Made by a program: the position numbers and the translations under genes. Source: Sedimentisphaerales bacterium (GTDB lineage: Bacteria; Planctomycetota; Phycisphaerae; Sedimentisphaerales; SM23-30). Taken from it: DNA of 64,000 nt. The stretch spans positions 1 to 64,000 of the forward strand of contig CAXXFK010000035.1 in NCBI GenBank assembly GCA_963663965.2, read 5' to 3'. Below the pieces are notes generated by a model. It ran no database searches and had not been told where the DNA came from. It worked only from the letters and a program-made list of their open reading frames with translations. Below are positions 49,051 through 59,400 of this stretch, in pieces; the first letter of the stretch is position 1; each line of letters begins with the position of its first letter.

Positions 49051-50147
49051 TTCTTTCTTTCATAGAAGGATCGAATCGTTTCAACCACATATTCCATTTC
49101 CGCCTGAGTCAGTTTTTCGTGAGCGGGCAGGCACAAGATCCGTTCTTGCAGTTTTCGGGCATTTTCAAAGCGACCGTCAGTCCAATTTTGATAGGCCGGT
49201 TGTTCCGGCATCAGGATGGGATGTTGAATTTTGGTTTCAATGCCCTGCTGCTCGAGATAGTTTTTAAGCTGATCGCGGTGGTCGGCCTGGATGGTATAGG
49301 TATAAAAGACATCGTAACGATCATCCAGAGGCGGAACCGTTACCAAAGAACTCAAATGTCGATTGTACCAGGCGGCAATTTCGCGCCGTCTTTCAATCAA
49401 GACTTGCAGGCGATCCAACCGTTTAAGCAGGACGGCGGCTTGAAGGGTGTCGAGACGGCCGTTCAAGGCGGGCAAAATACAGGTCTCTTTATTGACCGTG
49501 CCATTGTAACGCAGTATCTGAATACGGTCATAGAGTTCTTCATCATCGGTCACGATCATGCCGGCCTCGCCCACGGCGGCCAATACCTTCATGGGATTCA
49601 TGCTGAAACAGGCGACATCCCCGAAAGCGCCGGCCGGTTTATCCTGATAACGGGCGCCAAAGGCCTGGGCGGCATCCTCTATCAGGAACAGATCATGGGC
49701 TTGCGCCACCTCAAGCAGCGGTTCCATATCGCAGATGCGTCCGGTATAATGAACCGGCATGATTCCGCGCGTGTTTTCGGTAATCAAGGCAGACAGACTG
49801 CCGGGATCCATATTCAGATCCGGGCCGATATCCGCAAAAACCGGGGTCGCGCCGGTCATGGCAATGGCATTGGCGGTGGCGATCCACGATAGCGGCGTGG
49901 TAATGACTTCGTGGCCGGGGCCGATTCCCAAAGCACGTAACGCAATGAATAGGGCATCAGTACCGGAATTGACCCCAATGGCGAATTTGCGACCGGTATA
50001 TTGGGCAATACGAGATTCCAGCGTTTCAACCTCAGGTCCGAGGACAATTCGGCCGTGGTCCAGGACCCGGGCCATGGCATCGAGGAGTTCCTGCTTCTCC
50101 TGAAGGTCGGTAATCTCCAGTTTCAAAAATCGTATTTTAGTTTGCAT
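49047..50147 (-). CDS. DegT/DnrJ/EryC1/StrS aminotransferase
   Basis: NSGTDAL, EDAAQAFG, SMNPMK, NGRLDTLQAA. Confidence 0.93.
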   Translation of the reverse strand: MQTKIRFLKLEITDLQEKQELLDAMARVLDHGRIVLGPEVETLESRIAQYTGRKFAIGVNSGTDALFIALRALGIGPGHEVITTPLSWIATANAIAMTGATPVFADIGPDLNMDPGSLSALITENTRGIMPVHYTGRICDMEPLLEVAQAHDLFLIEDAAQAFGARYQDKPAGAFGDVACFSMNPMKVLAAVGEAGMIVTDDEELYDRIQILRYNGTVNKETCILPALNGRLDTLQAAVLLKRLDRLQVLIERRREIAAWYNRHLSSLVTVPPLDDRYDVFYTYTIQADHRDQLKNYLEQQGIETKIQHPILMPEQPAYQNWTDGRFENARKLQERILCLPAHEKLTQAEMEYVVETIRSFYERKK

Positions 50148-50150
50148 GGG

Positions 50151-50849
50151 TTAATGCTCGCTGGATTTGGGGCAAAAAGCCAGAACAAAATAGTACCAGG
50201 CCAGTTTATGATATCCGGTATGAACCACTTCATCATTCATGGAAAAGGTCAGGGTGCGGCCAAAACTGGATTCGATGAGGGTGATCAATTCAGGCAGATC
50301 GTAGCATTTGACATGCCTGGCTTTGCTTAAATCACTTTGATAAGGCCAGGAATAGCAACTGGGCGTGCCCACAAACAGAAATCCGGCCGGTTTTAAGTGC
50401 TGTGCCGCCTTGGCGACCATTTTGCAGCCGGTGGTTTCATCCATGTGTTCGATGACATCCATCAACACCACCACATCAAACTGGTTCTGTATATCAAACT
50501 CGAAAAAATCTCCGGTCGTCAGATAAACATTATCGCGGCGATTGATTTTGCGGGCAATTTCAATTTCGTATTCTTTGACATCCATGGCCACTACCTGGCG
50601 GCAGTGCTGGGCGAGAAAAACCGCGCCAAGCCCGGAACCACAACCGATTTCCAGAACCGAATCGGTTGATTTCAACTGCCGGGCCAGGAATTTATATCGG
50701 GCCAGCCGAATCAGCCACTGCATGAGATTATCACGGGCGAACATGGCATATTCCGGGGGGAACTCCATGGGCGGATGCTCACGGCACAAGGCTTCGACCA
50801 GATGATCGTACGTTTCATTATCCCGATTATAATCTTTAGGTTTTTCCAT
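50151..50849 (-). CDS. Class I SAM-dependent methyltransferase
   Basis: VLEIGCGSG, DVIEH. Confidence 0.9.
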   Translation of the reverse strand: MEKPKDYNRDNETYDHLVEALCREHPPMEFPPEYAMFARDNLMQWLIRLARYKFLARQLKSTDSVLEIGCGSGLGAVFLAQHCRQVVAMDVKEYEIEIARKINRRDNVYLTTGDFFEFDIQNQFDVVVLMDVIEHMDETTGCKMVAKAAQHLKPAGFLFVGTPSCYSWPYQSDLSKARHVKCYDLPELITLIESSFGRTLTFSMNDEVVHTGYHKLAWYYFVLAFCPKSSEH

Positions 50850-50854
50850 AGTAT

Positions 50855-51850
50855 TTAAATGAAATAGTGAAATAAAATTTGAGCCGCAGCATCGATTTGA
50901 TTGGCATCCATATCCATTTTTGTGAGAAAGCGGGTTATACTTCGAAATAATTCACGATTGGTTTCTTCCCCGTTGTTATCATAGCTTTCCGGTTCGTATC
51001 TGATATTCATGACAGGAACAACCGCCCCCCCCAGGCCTTCCTTAAAACGGACCAGGCCGTCATTATGACCATCCAGAATACTTAAACCCAGATCCAATTC
51101 ACGACATTGCCGCTGACCGGCCCAATTCAGCGCGGTCCAGAGCAATAGATTGTTGGGGCAATATTTTGAACTATGCGGTAAGGATGCGCTATATTTGTAA
51201 TACATAACATCGTTATGCTGCAATAAAATTAAGGCCGCTAATAATTGACTTTCAAAGCGGGCTTCCAATACCCATCCCTGATTCTGCGCCATGTATTCCA
51301 TCAGCATAGTCTGAAATAATTTTCGCGGGGGTGATAAAATTTTAAACTTCTCCTTACGCTGCCTGGCAAACAACTGATAAAAACGCTCTAATCCCTCCCA
51401 ATCCTGGCAAATTCGGATATCCACTCCCTTTTTTTGAGCTGTACCCAAATTCCTTTTAAACAGATTGGACAACCGGTCATGCATTATTTCTGGTTCGTCA
51501 ATCGCCACACGATGAAATACTCCGCGGCGAATGACACGCCAACCCGGCAACAATTGTTGCTCATCATAGTAACCGCCCAAGCGGAGGACAATGGCATAAC
51601 CGGGATATTCGCCCTGCCAGTCTTGAAACCGATTCAAAATTGAAATTAATGAGCCATTGAATAACAGATAATCTGAGAATGGCAACGTAATCAATAATTT
51701 GCCTGGTAAACCATCGCAACGACAACAGGTCAACATTTGGTTACCAATGGTGCGTTTTGTTTCAAATCGCAGCGGAAACGAACTATCCAGAATGGTCAGC
51801 CATTTATGGCTATTGAACAGACAATCGGTATCGAGTTCTATGGTCATCAT
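50855..51850 (-). CDS. GNAT/FemAB-like acyltransferase
   Basis: YYKYSAS, PNNLLLW, LDLG, GLVRFKEGLG; probable start ATG at 51850 after the preceding stop. Confidence 0.75.
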   Translation of the reverse strand: MMTIELDTDCLFNSHKWLTILDSSFPLRFETKRTIGNQMLTCCRCDGLPGKLLITLPFSDYLLFNGSLISILNRFQDWQGEYPGYAIVLRLGGYYDEQQLLPGWRVIRRGVFHRVAIDEPEIMHDRLSNLFKRNLGTAQKKGVDIRICQDWEGLERFYQLFARQRKEKFKILSPPRKLFQTMLMEYMAQNQGWVLEARFESQLLAALILLQHNDVMYYKYSASLPHSSKYCPNNLLLWTALNWAGQRQCRELDLGLSILDGHNDGLVRFKEGLGGAVVPVMNIRYEPESYDNNGEETNRELFRSITRFLTKMDMDANQIDAAAQILFHYFI

Positions 51851-51855
51851 GAACT

Positions 51856-52771
51856 TCAAGTCCCCAACCATTGTCCCGCTTTCAGAGCGGACGGCAATAT
51901 GGCATCAAAATACAAGTTGACCGAACCTGAAACACACTGAACTTGAAGACACGTTGATTGATTGCATTCGCGCCGCTCAAGAACCAATCCTCCGGTTAAC
52001 GCCGTGGAATCTTCCTCTTCAATGGTCGAACGTCCTGCCGCCAACCGATGTTGACACCAGGTTACGACCCCCCCCCCCATATCGAACCTGGCTGCGCGTG
52101 ATGTTATGTACCATCCGGGCAGTCATGAGACGAAAATTAACAAAACGAATTTCAGCAGTCAATTTTGGGAAATAGCTGCCGGGTTCCGTCTGGGGCATCG
52201 CCTTAAGTTCCCCCGTCAGAATCCCATGCACGACATCCTCCAGATGTTCATCGATCAATCGATCCTGCCGATCCATAATAGTCCGGGTGTCATCCGCATC
52301 GGTAATCTCCAACGGGACCGTTCGATAGACGCCTCCTGTGTCAATGCCGCTATCCAGTTTCATAAATGTGACTCCTGACTGCCGTTCGCCATTGATCAGA
52401 CACCATTGCACGGGATAAGGCCCTTTGTACTCCGGCAACAAGGAAGGATGGATATTCAGGCAGCCCAGTCGCGGCCGTTTCAGAATCGCGTCAGGTAGTA
52501 TTCCGAAGACACTTACCACAAATAAATCGGCGGCCGGTATGTTAGTCAGGGCCGCAGCCAGGGCAGGGCGAGAATTTTTCTCGATGGCAATCTCCGGGAC
52601 AGCCCGCGTTGACAACAACCTGATTGTTGCCGGACAGAATTGCAGATCATGTTCTTTCTCGTGGATTGCCGCCAATAGCTTGATATTCGCATTCAGAAGC
52701 GTTATCAGCGTCTTTTCGTTATTCCCGATGAAAATCACATCGCGCCCAGATGTCATCACACAATTCTCCAT
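51856..52771 (-). pseudogene. Sugar N-formyltransferase (FMT-like), frameshifted at a G11 tract
   Basis: NIHPSLLPEYKG and DSGIDTG in 52019..52771; C-terminal domain continues in ORF 51856..52080; G10 at 52068-52078 would restore the frame. Confidence 0.8.
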
Positions 52772-53775
52772 CAGACCGGCAACGCCGGACGATCCTTTTC
52801 CAACGAAAATTCTTCATCAAAAAGACGGCAACCCCGGCAAAAGCTCAGTTCATTGCGATTACCCTGACTATGTAATCGCCGAACCTCCTGAAAGGGTTCG
52901 CCCGTCCAGATTTCCTGTATTGTATTGTCATTGACATTACCCATACAATGTTTCGCTTCGTAATCCTGTCCACACAAAGGCACGGACCCATCGGAATTGA
53001 TATTGAATGTGGACCAGGGCAGGATACAGGGATGATAACACAGGTCATACTGAGGGATATTGTCCTGCCAGCTGTGTTGATTGCCCCAGGAATGCGGCCG
53101 TTTCATATAGATACGATCCTGTTCCTTTTTCAAACCGTTCCAGAACCGTTCCCAGTTTTCGATAAAGGCCTTGCCTTCCGGAGTTTCCAGATCTTTGAAC
53201 AAGATGCCCCGGATCCGGATCAGCATATCCGGTTTTATTCGATCCCGCATTTTGAAGACGGTGTGAATATTATCCATGACGGTTTCAAATTTCAAGCCCG
53301 GTCGCAGCGATTCGTATTCTTCTTTTTCCAGTGAATCGATGGACAGCATAATTTCATCCAGCCCGGCCTCCATCAACTCAACCGCTTTGGTTTCTGTCAA
53401 CAAAGAAGCATTGGTCGAGAGATTGATTCGCTTTATTCCACCGGCTTTGAGCCGCCTGATCCGCGGTGCAATTTTTTTATCCAATAGCGGTTCACCCGCC
53501 TTCTGGAGATAGACATAGAATATCCAATCGGCATGCCGGATCAATTCATCGGCAATTTTATCGAACAGCGCATCGGGCATAAACGGGGTATCGGTTTTCC
53601 ATTTATCAACGGTACAAAACGGACAGCGGGAATTGCAGGCATGCACGGTCTCGACAAGGACAAAACGGGGAAAACGCATTGCCTGGGCGATATTTTCCAA
53701 TTTGAGCCGGCGGGCGAGATCTCTCATTTCCAGTTCCAGCTGTTGAGGAGTCCTGTGGTCTAAATCAAATATCAT
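52771..53775 (-). CDS. Radical SAM/SPASM-domain protein
   Basis: CNSRCPFC; C-terminal CILPW...LCGQD...CRGC. Confidence 0.9.
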   Translation of the reverse strand: MIFDLDHRTPQQLELEMRDLARRLKLENIAQAMRFPRFVLVETVHACNSRCPFCTVDKWKTDTPFMPDALFDKIADELIRHADWIFYVYLQKAGEPLLDKKIAPRIRRLKAGGIKRINLSTNASLLTETKAVELMEAGLDEIMLSIDSLEKEEYESLRPGLKFETVMDNIHTVFKMRDRIKPDMLIRIRGILFKDLETPEGKAFIENWERFWNGLKKEQDRIYMKRPHSWGNQHSWQDNIPQYDLCYHPCILPWSTFNINSDGSVPLCGQDYEAKHCMGNVNDNTIQEIWTGEPFQEVRRLHSQGNRNELSFCRGCRLFDEEFSLEKDRPALPV

Positions 53776-53790
53776 AACACTCTTCTCATG

Positions 53791-54535
53791 TCAAATGGGT
53801 TTGCCATGTAATTTTATGACACGCCCCGGCACGCCGACAACGGTCGCGCCGGGCGGCACATCTTCTATAATGACGGCGCCGGCGCCAATAATCGCGTCGT
53901 TGCCGATTTTTTTCTTATTGATTACTGTCGCATTTGACCAGACAGTTGCACAGTTTCCAATCGTCACATTACCAGCGGCTACCACTCCCGGGGCGATCAG
54001 AGCCCCCGGCCGAACCACATCGTGATGATCCAGTTGAGCCCCGGTGTTGATAATCACACCGTCGCAGATCTCAGCACGATAGCCGATCACTGCCCGGGCA
54101 TGAACCACAACATTATCATGAAGAACTGCATCCGGCAAAATCAAGGCGCTGGGATGCACCGCGTTGATTAGCCGCAAGCCGGCCTGGCGCGCTCTTTCCA
54201 GCATGCCAAGCCGGGTATGATTGTCGCTGACAGTAACCAACACCTGTCGAATACCCAATGCCATCAGCCGTTCAGGCCAATCCAGGGAGGTCAATAACGG
54301 AACCCCCTTAAAAGAATCGGGGAGTGGGGTAATCAAATAATCGAGAATCCCGGCGGGTTTTTTCGGACGGGATATCGATTTCAGGCGGATCGGCAGCCGG
54401 ATTGACAAAACAGGTTATACGATAATCCGTAGCGGTTTCCAGCCAGGAATGAATCTGGCCGGCGCCGCCCTCTTCCCAGCCTATCAAGGCCACGGCATTA
54501 TCATGGTGTTTAATAGTTTCAGGTATCAGTTCCAT
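53791..54535 (-). pseudogene. NeuD/PglD-like sugar acetyltransferase (hexapeptide repeat), frameshifted
   Basis: N-terminus in 54308..54535 and left-handed beta-helix in 53791..54408 (DHHD, VGVPGR); deleting one base near 54319-54322 joins them as YPTPDSFKG. Confidence 0.78.
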
Positions 54536-54538
54536 GGG

Positions 54539-55643
54539 CTACCAGGGTCGGTATCGGCTATCAATTTCCTGCAAGACATCACACACACGCCGGACATTGG
54601 CCATGCTTTGATCCGGTCCACACGGTAACAAGATCAGATGTTGGGCAAACCGGTCAGAGTTGGGATACTCACCCTGTCCCCCGATATGGGGCATGGTATT
54701 AAAACTGGCAATATGTGAAATGGTATGGATATCAAACGCTTTCAGATCCTCCAGCAGGCGGTCCTTCTCGGTACAGAGGCATTCGGACCGGAGAGGTACT
54801 TCGCCCGCCTCGATATCAACCGGGACAAACCGGATACTTTTCAGATTTCGCAGGTTGTCACGGTACATTTCATGGATAGCAATCTGATTATGGATTTTCT
54901 GTTCGGTTTTTTTGAGTTGCGATAAACCCACCGAGGCAAGAATATCATTAAACTTGAAATTGCCGGCCAGCATGCGGTAACTGAGCTCGGGGTGTTTTTC
55001 ATTAATGCCCTGATTACGAATACTTTTTAGCAACTCATAATCTTCTTCGGAGTGGCAACACACCGCCCCCCCCCTGTCCCACGGCAATCATTTTGGCCAG
55101 TCCCAGCGAAAAACATCCAAAACGAGCCTGAGTTCCCAGGCTCCGGTCACCATGACGGCTGAACAACGCCTGACAGGCATCTTCCACCACCTGCAGATGA
55201 TGGCGCCGGGCAATAGCCATAATTTTATCCATCCGGCAGCTTTTCCCGTTCATGTGAACCGGCACCAGGACTCGGGTTTTATCGGTCAGCACCGATTCAA
55301 TCTGGTCCTCATCGATAATCTGGGCATCCGGACAAACATCAACGGTTCGTACGGTAGCGCCCAGTAACATGGCGGCATGCGCGGTTGCCAGAGCCGTCCG
55401 GTTAGGGACAACGACTTCGCAACCGGGCCCGACACCACTGGCCAGGCAGGCCATAATCAGGGCCGAGGTGCCGCTGGTCGTGCAGACGACATGAGGCGCC
55501 TGCAGGCGAGCCGCCAGTTCCGCTTCCAGTTGCGCCGTGCGGGCGCTCTGACTCACACACCGATTCCGTATCGCGTCGGCGGCTGCCTGCGCATCGGACT
55601 CATCCAATTGAATATTCCACCAGTTAATCGTTGATGGGGACAT
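54539..55643 (-). pseudogene. DegT/DnrJ aminotransferase, frameshifted at a G9 tract
   Basis: SGTSAL, EDACQA and FSLGLAK in 55035..55643; remainder in 54539..55087; G8 at 55066-55074 gives the canonical GQGGAV. Confidence 0.85.
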
Positions 55644-56688
55644 CGAGTTTACCTTTCATTAACGCATCGAGCAACCGGTTGTCCTGTGCGGCCTGACACA
55701 TACGACAACACATTTCTTTCTCCAATCCCCGTTCCACTTCAGCAAAAATCTGTTGTTTCTTTTGGGAAAACCAGATATCCCGGAAACGGGCCTCCAGTAT
55801 GTTGCCATAGACACTGTTCTGATAAAAATTACGGGCACAGGTATACAGATTGCCATGATGATCCATATTAGTCCGAAAATGGATACCGTAACATTGCTGC
55901 CAGCCAACCGACTGAGATGGATCGATAAAGGTATCCCAGCGAATTTCAACGTTATCGAGATCACGATAATTTTGCAGTTCTTTGATAATGCTGTCCCAGG
56001 GCTGATCCTGATTCATACCGGCATCCAGACTGGCCTTACGCATGATCAAACGGTCCGCGCCGGTATCATGCATTAACTGTACCATAGCGTCCATTGATTG
56101 CCAATTGAGATCGTAAATAATGTAAAGAATCCACAATTGGCAATCGAGATTGTTACGATCACGGAAATTAACAGCTTCTGAGATATTATGACTCAGGCGT
56201 TGAAATTCGTCCCTGCGGCAGCCATGAACGCGAGCGTAGGTATCCGGATCGCCCCCCCCTACGGAGAATTTAATCCATTTCATGCCGCGGAGTATCGCGT
56301 CACGTCGACGATCATCCAATAAAACACCATTGGTGCTGAGTAACATATTAAGGCCCAGTTCACGGCCATAAAGCGCCCAACCCCCCAATTCCGGATTGAT
56401 TAGTGGTTCGCCATTGCCGGCAAAGAAGACATCCTGCCCCCCCAGAAACGCAAAATCCTGCAGGAACCGGTTGAACACATGACGATCTTCCAAATACAGG
56501 ATTTTATCGCCATACTCATCGTACTGCTGGAATCCGCAATGGACGCAGCGCTGATTGCAACCCCGGACACACCCAACTTCAATCGATAACGGTCCGGGCT
56601 GCCGGCCCTGCCGCCATTGGTGCAAAACCTCAGGGTTGTTCCATAACTTATTATTAATCAATTGTCGTTTATCGAAAAGCGTATTCAT
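55624..56688 (-). CDS. Radical SAM/SPASM-domain protein
   Basis: CNQRCVHC, GNGEP, C-terminal CYG...YTC...CCRMC. Confidence 0.88.
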   Translation of the reverse strand: MNTLFDKRQLINNKLWNNPEVLHQWRQGRQPGPLSIEVGCVRGCNQRCVHCGFQQYDEYGDKILYLEDRHVFNRFLQDFAFLGGQDVFFAGNGEPLINPELGGWALYGRELGLNMLLSTNGVLLDDRRRDAILRGMKWIKFSVGGGDPDTYARVHGCRRDEFQRLSHNISEAVNFRDRNNLDCQLWILYIIYDLNWQSMDAMVQLMHDTGADRLIMRKASLDAGMNQDQPWDSIIKELQNYRDLDNVEIRWDTFIDPSQSVGWQQCYGIHFRTNMDHHGNLYTCARNFYQNSVYGNILEARFRDIWFSQKKQQIFAEVERGLEKEMCCRMCQAAQDNRLLDALMKGKLDVPIND

Positions 56689-56710
56689 AAATTATTACAT
56701 TGCATCTGGA

Positions 56711-57781
56711 TCAAACAAATCCCAGATGATCGGGGTCCGCATTCAGATATTCCAGTACCATAAGATTTTTGCCGTTGGCGACGCAATGATGGCCGCAGAC
56801 TCGTGATGGATCAATTTTAAAAAACTTCTCTTTACCGGTCATCCAGAAATCGCGAAAGCGCTGGTTCCGGATCGATCCTAACAATCCATCCTGAAGATTA
56901 TAGGCTTTGTCCTGACAGGAATAGACGTTCTGGTCGGCGCCGATAACCATCAGCACCTGGAGGTAAGGACACCATTCATACGTTTTCTGGAATTTATCAT
57001 CCAATTCGTGATAGGCGTCGTAAATTTCAAAGGATGGATCGGCCAGTTCACTTCTGGTTTTTTGGATCTGTTCTTTGACCTGTTCAAAGATGGGCTGATG
57101 GTAAGCGTTATTGCGCCCTCCTTCATTATCAACGATACAGGGCGACAGTTTGACGCTATTCACACCGACCGCTTTAAGACGGCTGACCATCTCGAAAATA
57201 TGGGAAGCGTTATCCCGGTCGATGATCATGCTGACCCCCAGATAACAGGCGGGCCTGAGCGCCATGAAAGCCGCCATATTGTTGAGAATGCGGGTATATT
57301 CACCATCACCGACACCGCGATAGTGGCGGTAGCTGGCATCATCCCAGCCATCCATCGATATCCGCAACCAGGTGGCATGGCGGGCGAACCGTTCGGCAAT
57401 GCGTCCGGTCAGGCGGGCGCCGTTGGTCAGGGCAGCGAATTTGACCGGCGAAGCGGCCAGTTTTTCCACGGTCTCTTCCAGATAAGGATAGCAGAACGGA
57501 TCCCCGCCGCCGCTGAACGTAACGGCCTGGACTTTCATTTCAATGATATCATCGACAATTTCCATCATTTTATCACGCGGGATAAAATCGCGAATATTCA
57601 TATTCTGACCCAGCTGCAGGTTGTCAACCCGGTAGGCGCAATACCGGCAGTTATGATTGCAGACATTGGTCGGCTTGATGCGAATATGAACCGGTGGCAG
57701 AATGGCATCGACAGAGCGCGGCAGTGAATCCAGCTTCTCTTTGTAATGGAATAATTTTGTTTTGGAATACAGTCCAGCCAT
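56711..57781 (-). CDS. Radical SAM/SPASM-domain protein
   Basis: CNHNCRYC, SGGGDP, CPY...YSCQDK...CGHHC. Confidence 0.9.
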   Translation of the reverse strand: MAGLYSKTKLFHYKEKLDSLPRSVDAILPPVHIRIKPTNVCNHNCRYCAYRVDNLQLGQNMNIRDFIPRDKMMEIVDDIIEMKVQAVTFSGGGDPFCYPYLEETVEKLAASPVKFAALTNGARLTGRIAERFARHATWLRISMDGWDDASYRHYRGVGDGEYTRILNNMAAFMALRPACYLGVSMIIDRDNASHIFEMVSRLKAVGVNSVKLSPCIVDNEGGRNNAYHQPIFEQVKEQIQKTRSELADPSFEIYDAYHELDDKFQKTYEWCPYLQVLMVIGADQNVYSCQDKAYNLQDGLLGSIRNQRFRDFWMTGKEKFFKIDPSRVCGHHCVANGKNLMVLEYLNADPDHLGFV

Positions 57782-57802
57782 ATATCAATATAATGTTATT
57801 TA

Positions 57803-58462
57803 TTATTCGAAATAGATAAATTCATAATCACCGGTATAACTGAATTGATCAAACAACCAGATCCATTCCTCCGGGCGAAAAAACGCCTGGCAGGTCAGGG
57901 CCCAGCATTGCAGATTAAAGAGTTCCAGGTCGTTACGAAAACTTTCGGCCACGAGATATTTATTTTTGCCCACCCGTTCTATTTCGACCAGGGCCTTTTG
58001 CAAATCAAAAATCATCAAATTATGCAGGGTGGTAATGGAAATCACCAGGTCAAAATAGTCATCGGCAAAGGCGTAGGGCTGCTGGGCCTCCTGGATAAAC
58101 AGATGATCGGCCATTTCCGGATGGCACTGCGTAATCGCATAGGAGGATATATCCAGGCCGACAATAGTTGGTTCTTTCAGGCGCTGACTGATTTCGTAGA
58201 GCAGGTATCCCTTGCCGCAGCCCACATCCAGAATGGTGGCGCCGTCTTTCAGCCGGTACTGTTCGATGAGTTTTTCGGCTACGACACCCCAGCGGCCATC
58301 GTAGCGATAGCCGCCGTAGCCATACCGCCGGTCACCATCCCAGTAATCCTGTCCGTATTGCCTGGCAACCTGCATACAATGCACTTTATCATCCATCATG
58401 CGACCGAGGTAGTCGCGGGCTGTTTTCTTGTGCAAAGGGGTTACGATCTCCAGCAAGCCCAC
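57803..58462 (-). CDS. Class I SAM-dependent methyltransferase
   Basis: DGDRRYGYGGY, LDVGCGKG, TLHNL. Confidence 0.9.
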   Translation of the reverse strand: MGLLEIVTPLHKKTARDYLGRMMDDKVHCMQVARQYGQDYWDGDRRYGYGGYRYDGRWGVVAEKLIEQYRLKDGATILDVGCGKGYLLYEISQRLKEPTIVGLDISSYAITQCHPEMADHLFIQEAQQPYAFADDYFDLVISITTLHNLMIFDLQKALVEIERVGKNKYLVAESFRNDLELFNLQCWALTCQAFFRPEEWIWLFDQFSYTGDYEFIYFE

Positions 58463-59400
58463 TAGATACCTCCTTCCCGGCTTTCCAGCAGGTCGCCGGC
58501 CCGTTTGGCAATGTGTTCCGCGGATAACCCGTTGAGTTTTTTCATCTCTTCGAGCGTGCCATATCCTTTGGGGAAGGTGCCTCGTAAACCCATCCGGGCA
58601 AATCGTACCGGCAAGCCATCATCTTCGGCCAGCGCTTCGGCAACCGCACTACCTAAACCCCCGTTAATGGCATGTTCCTCAATAGTAAGAATCCCCATGG
58701 TTTCCCGCGCCGCTTCAATCACCGCCTGTCGATCCAGAGGTTTGATCGTGTGCATATTCAGCAACCGCACCGACTTGCCCTCTTTTTTTAACATGTCCGC
58801 CGCCTTGAGAGCTTCATGAACGATATTGCCGGTTGCGATCAGGGTGATATCTTCGCCATCGGACAACGTGACCGCCTTGCCGGGAACAAATTCATAGTCC
58901 TTTTTGTATATTTCCGGTGTTTTGCTGGTCGCAATCCGCAAATAGACCGGACCGTTAATCCGAGCCGCTTCACGCGTGGCCAGCCGGGCTTCGAGAGGAT
59001 CGGCCGGGGCAAAGAGGGTCATACCGGGCAACGCACGCAGCATGGCCAGGTCTTCAACAGCATGATGGGTGGGTCCCAGATCACTATAGACAAAACCGGC
59101 TCCGATCCCCACCAGTTTGACATTGCTTTTTTGCAGACAGACATCATTGCGGATCTGTTCAAAGGCGCGCATGGTCAGAAAAGCGGCAATCGTATAACAG
59201 AAGGGAATCTTGCCGCAATGCGCCAGACCGGCGGCAACCCCCACCATATTGGCTTCGGCGATGCCAAAATTGATAAAGCGACCCGGATAGGCCTCACGGT
59301 ATTTATCATAGACTATGGCGCCATTATCGGCCACCAGCGCCATAATGCGGGGATCTTTTTTCGCCAGATCGTATAACTCGGCAATATAGGCATTTCTCAT
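58462..59400 (-). CDS. Transketolase-like protein, C-terminal subunit
   Basis: GIAEANM, RAFEQIRND, GPTHHA, IKPLD, EEH. Confidence 0.92.
   Translation of the reverse strand: MRNAYIAELYDLAKKDPRIMALVADNGAIVYDKYREAYPGRFINFGIAEANMVGVAAGLAHCGKIPFCYTIAAFLTMRAFEQIRNDVCLQKSNVKLVGIGAGFVYSDLGPTHHAVEDLAMLRALPGMTLFAPADPLEARLATREAARINGPVYLRIATSKTPEIYKKDYEFVPGKAVTLSDGEDITLIATGNIVHEALKAADMLKKEGKSVRLLNMHTIKPLDRQAVIEAARETMGILTIEEHAINGGLGSAVAEALAEDDGLPVRFARMGLRGTFPKGYGTLEEMKKLNGLSAEHIAKRAGDLLESREGGI

Noticed and set aside
44744..57781. RiPP pathway linking the C39 peptidase to the SPASM enzymes
   Set aside because: The genes are on opposite strands and separated by unrelated genes, no precursor or RRE was seen, and the SPASM genes sit among sugar enzymes.
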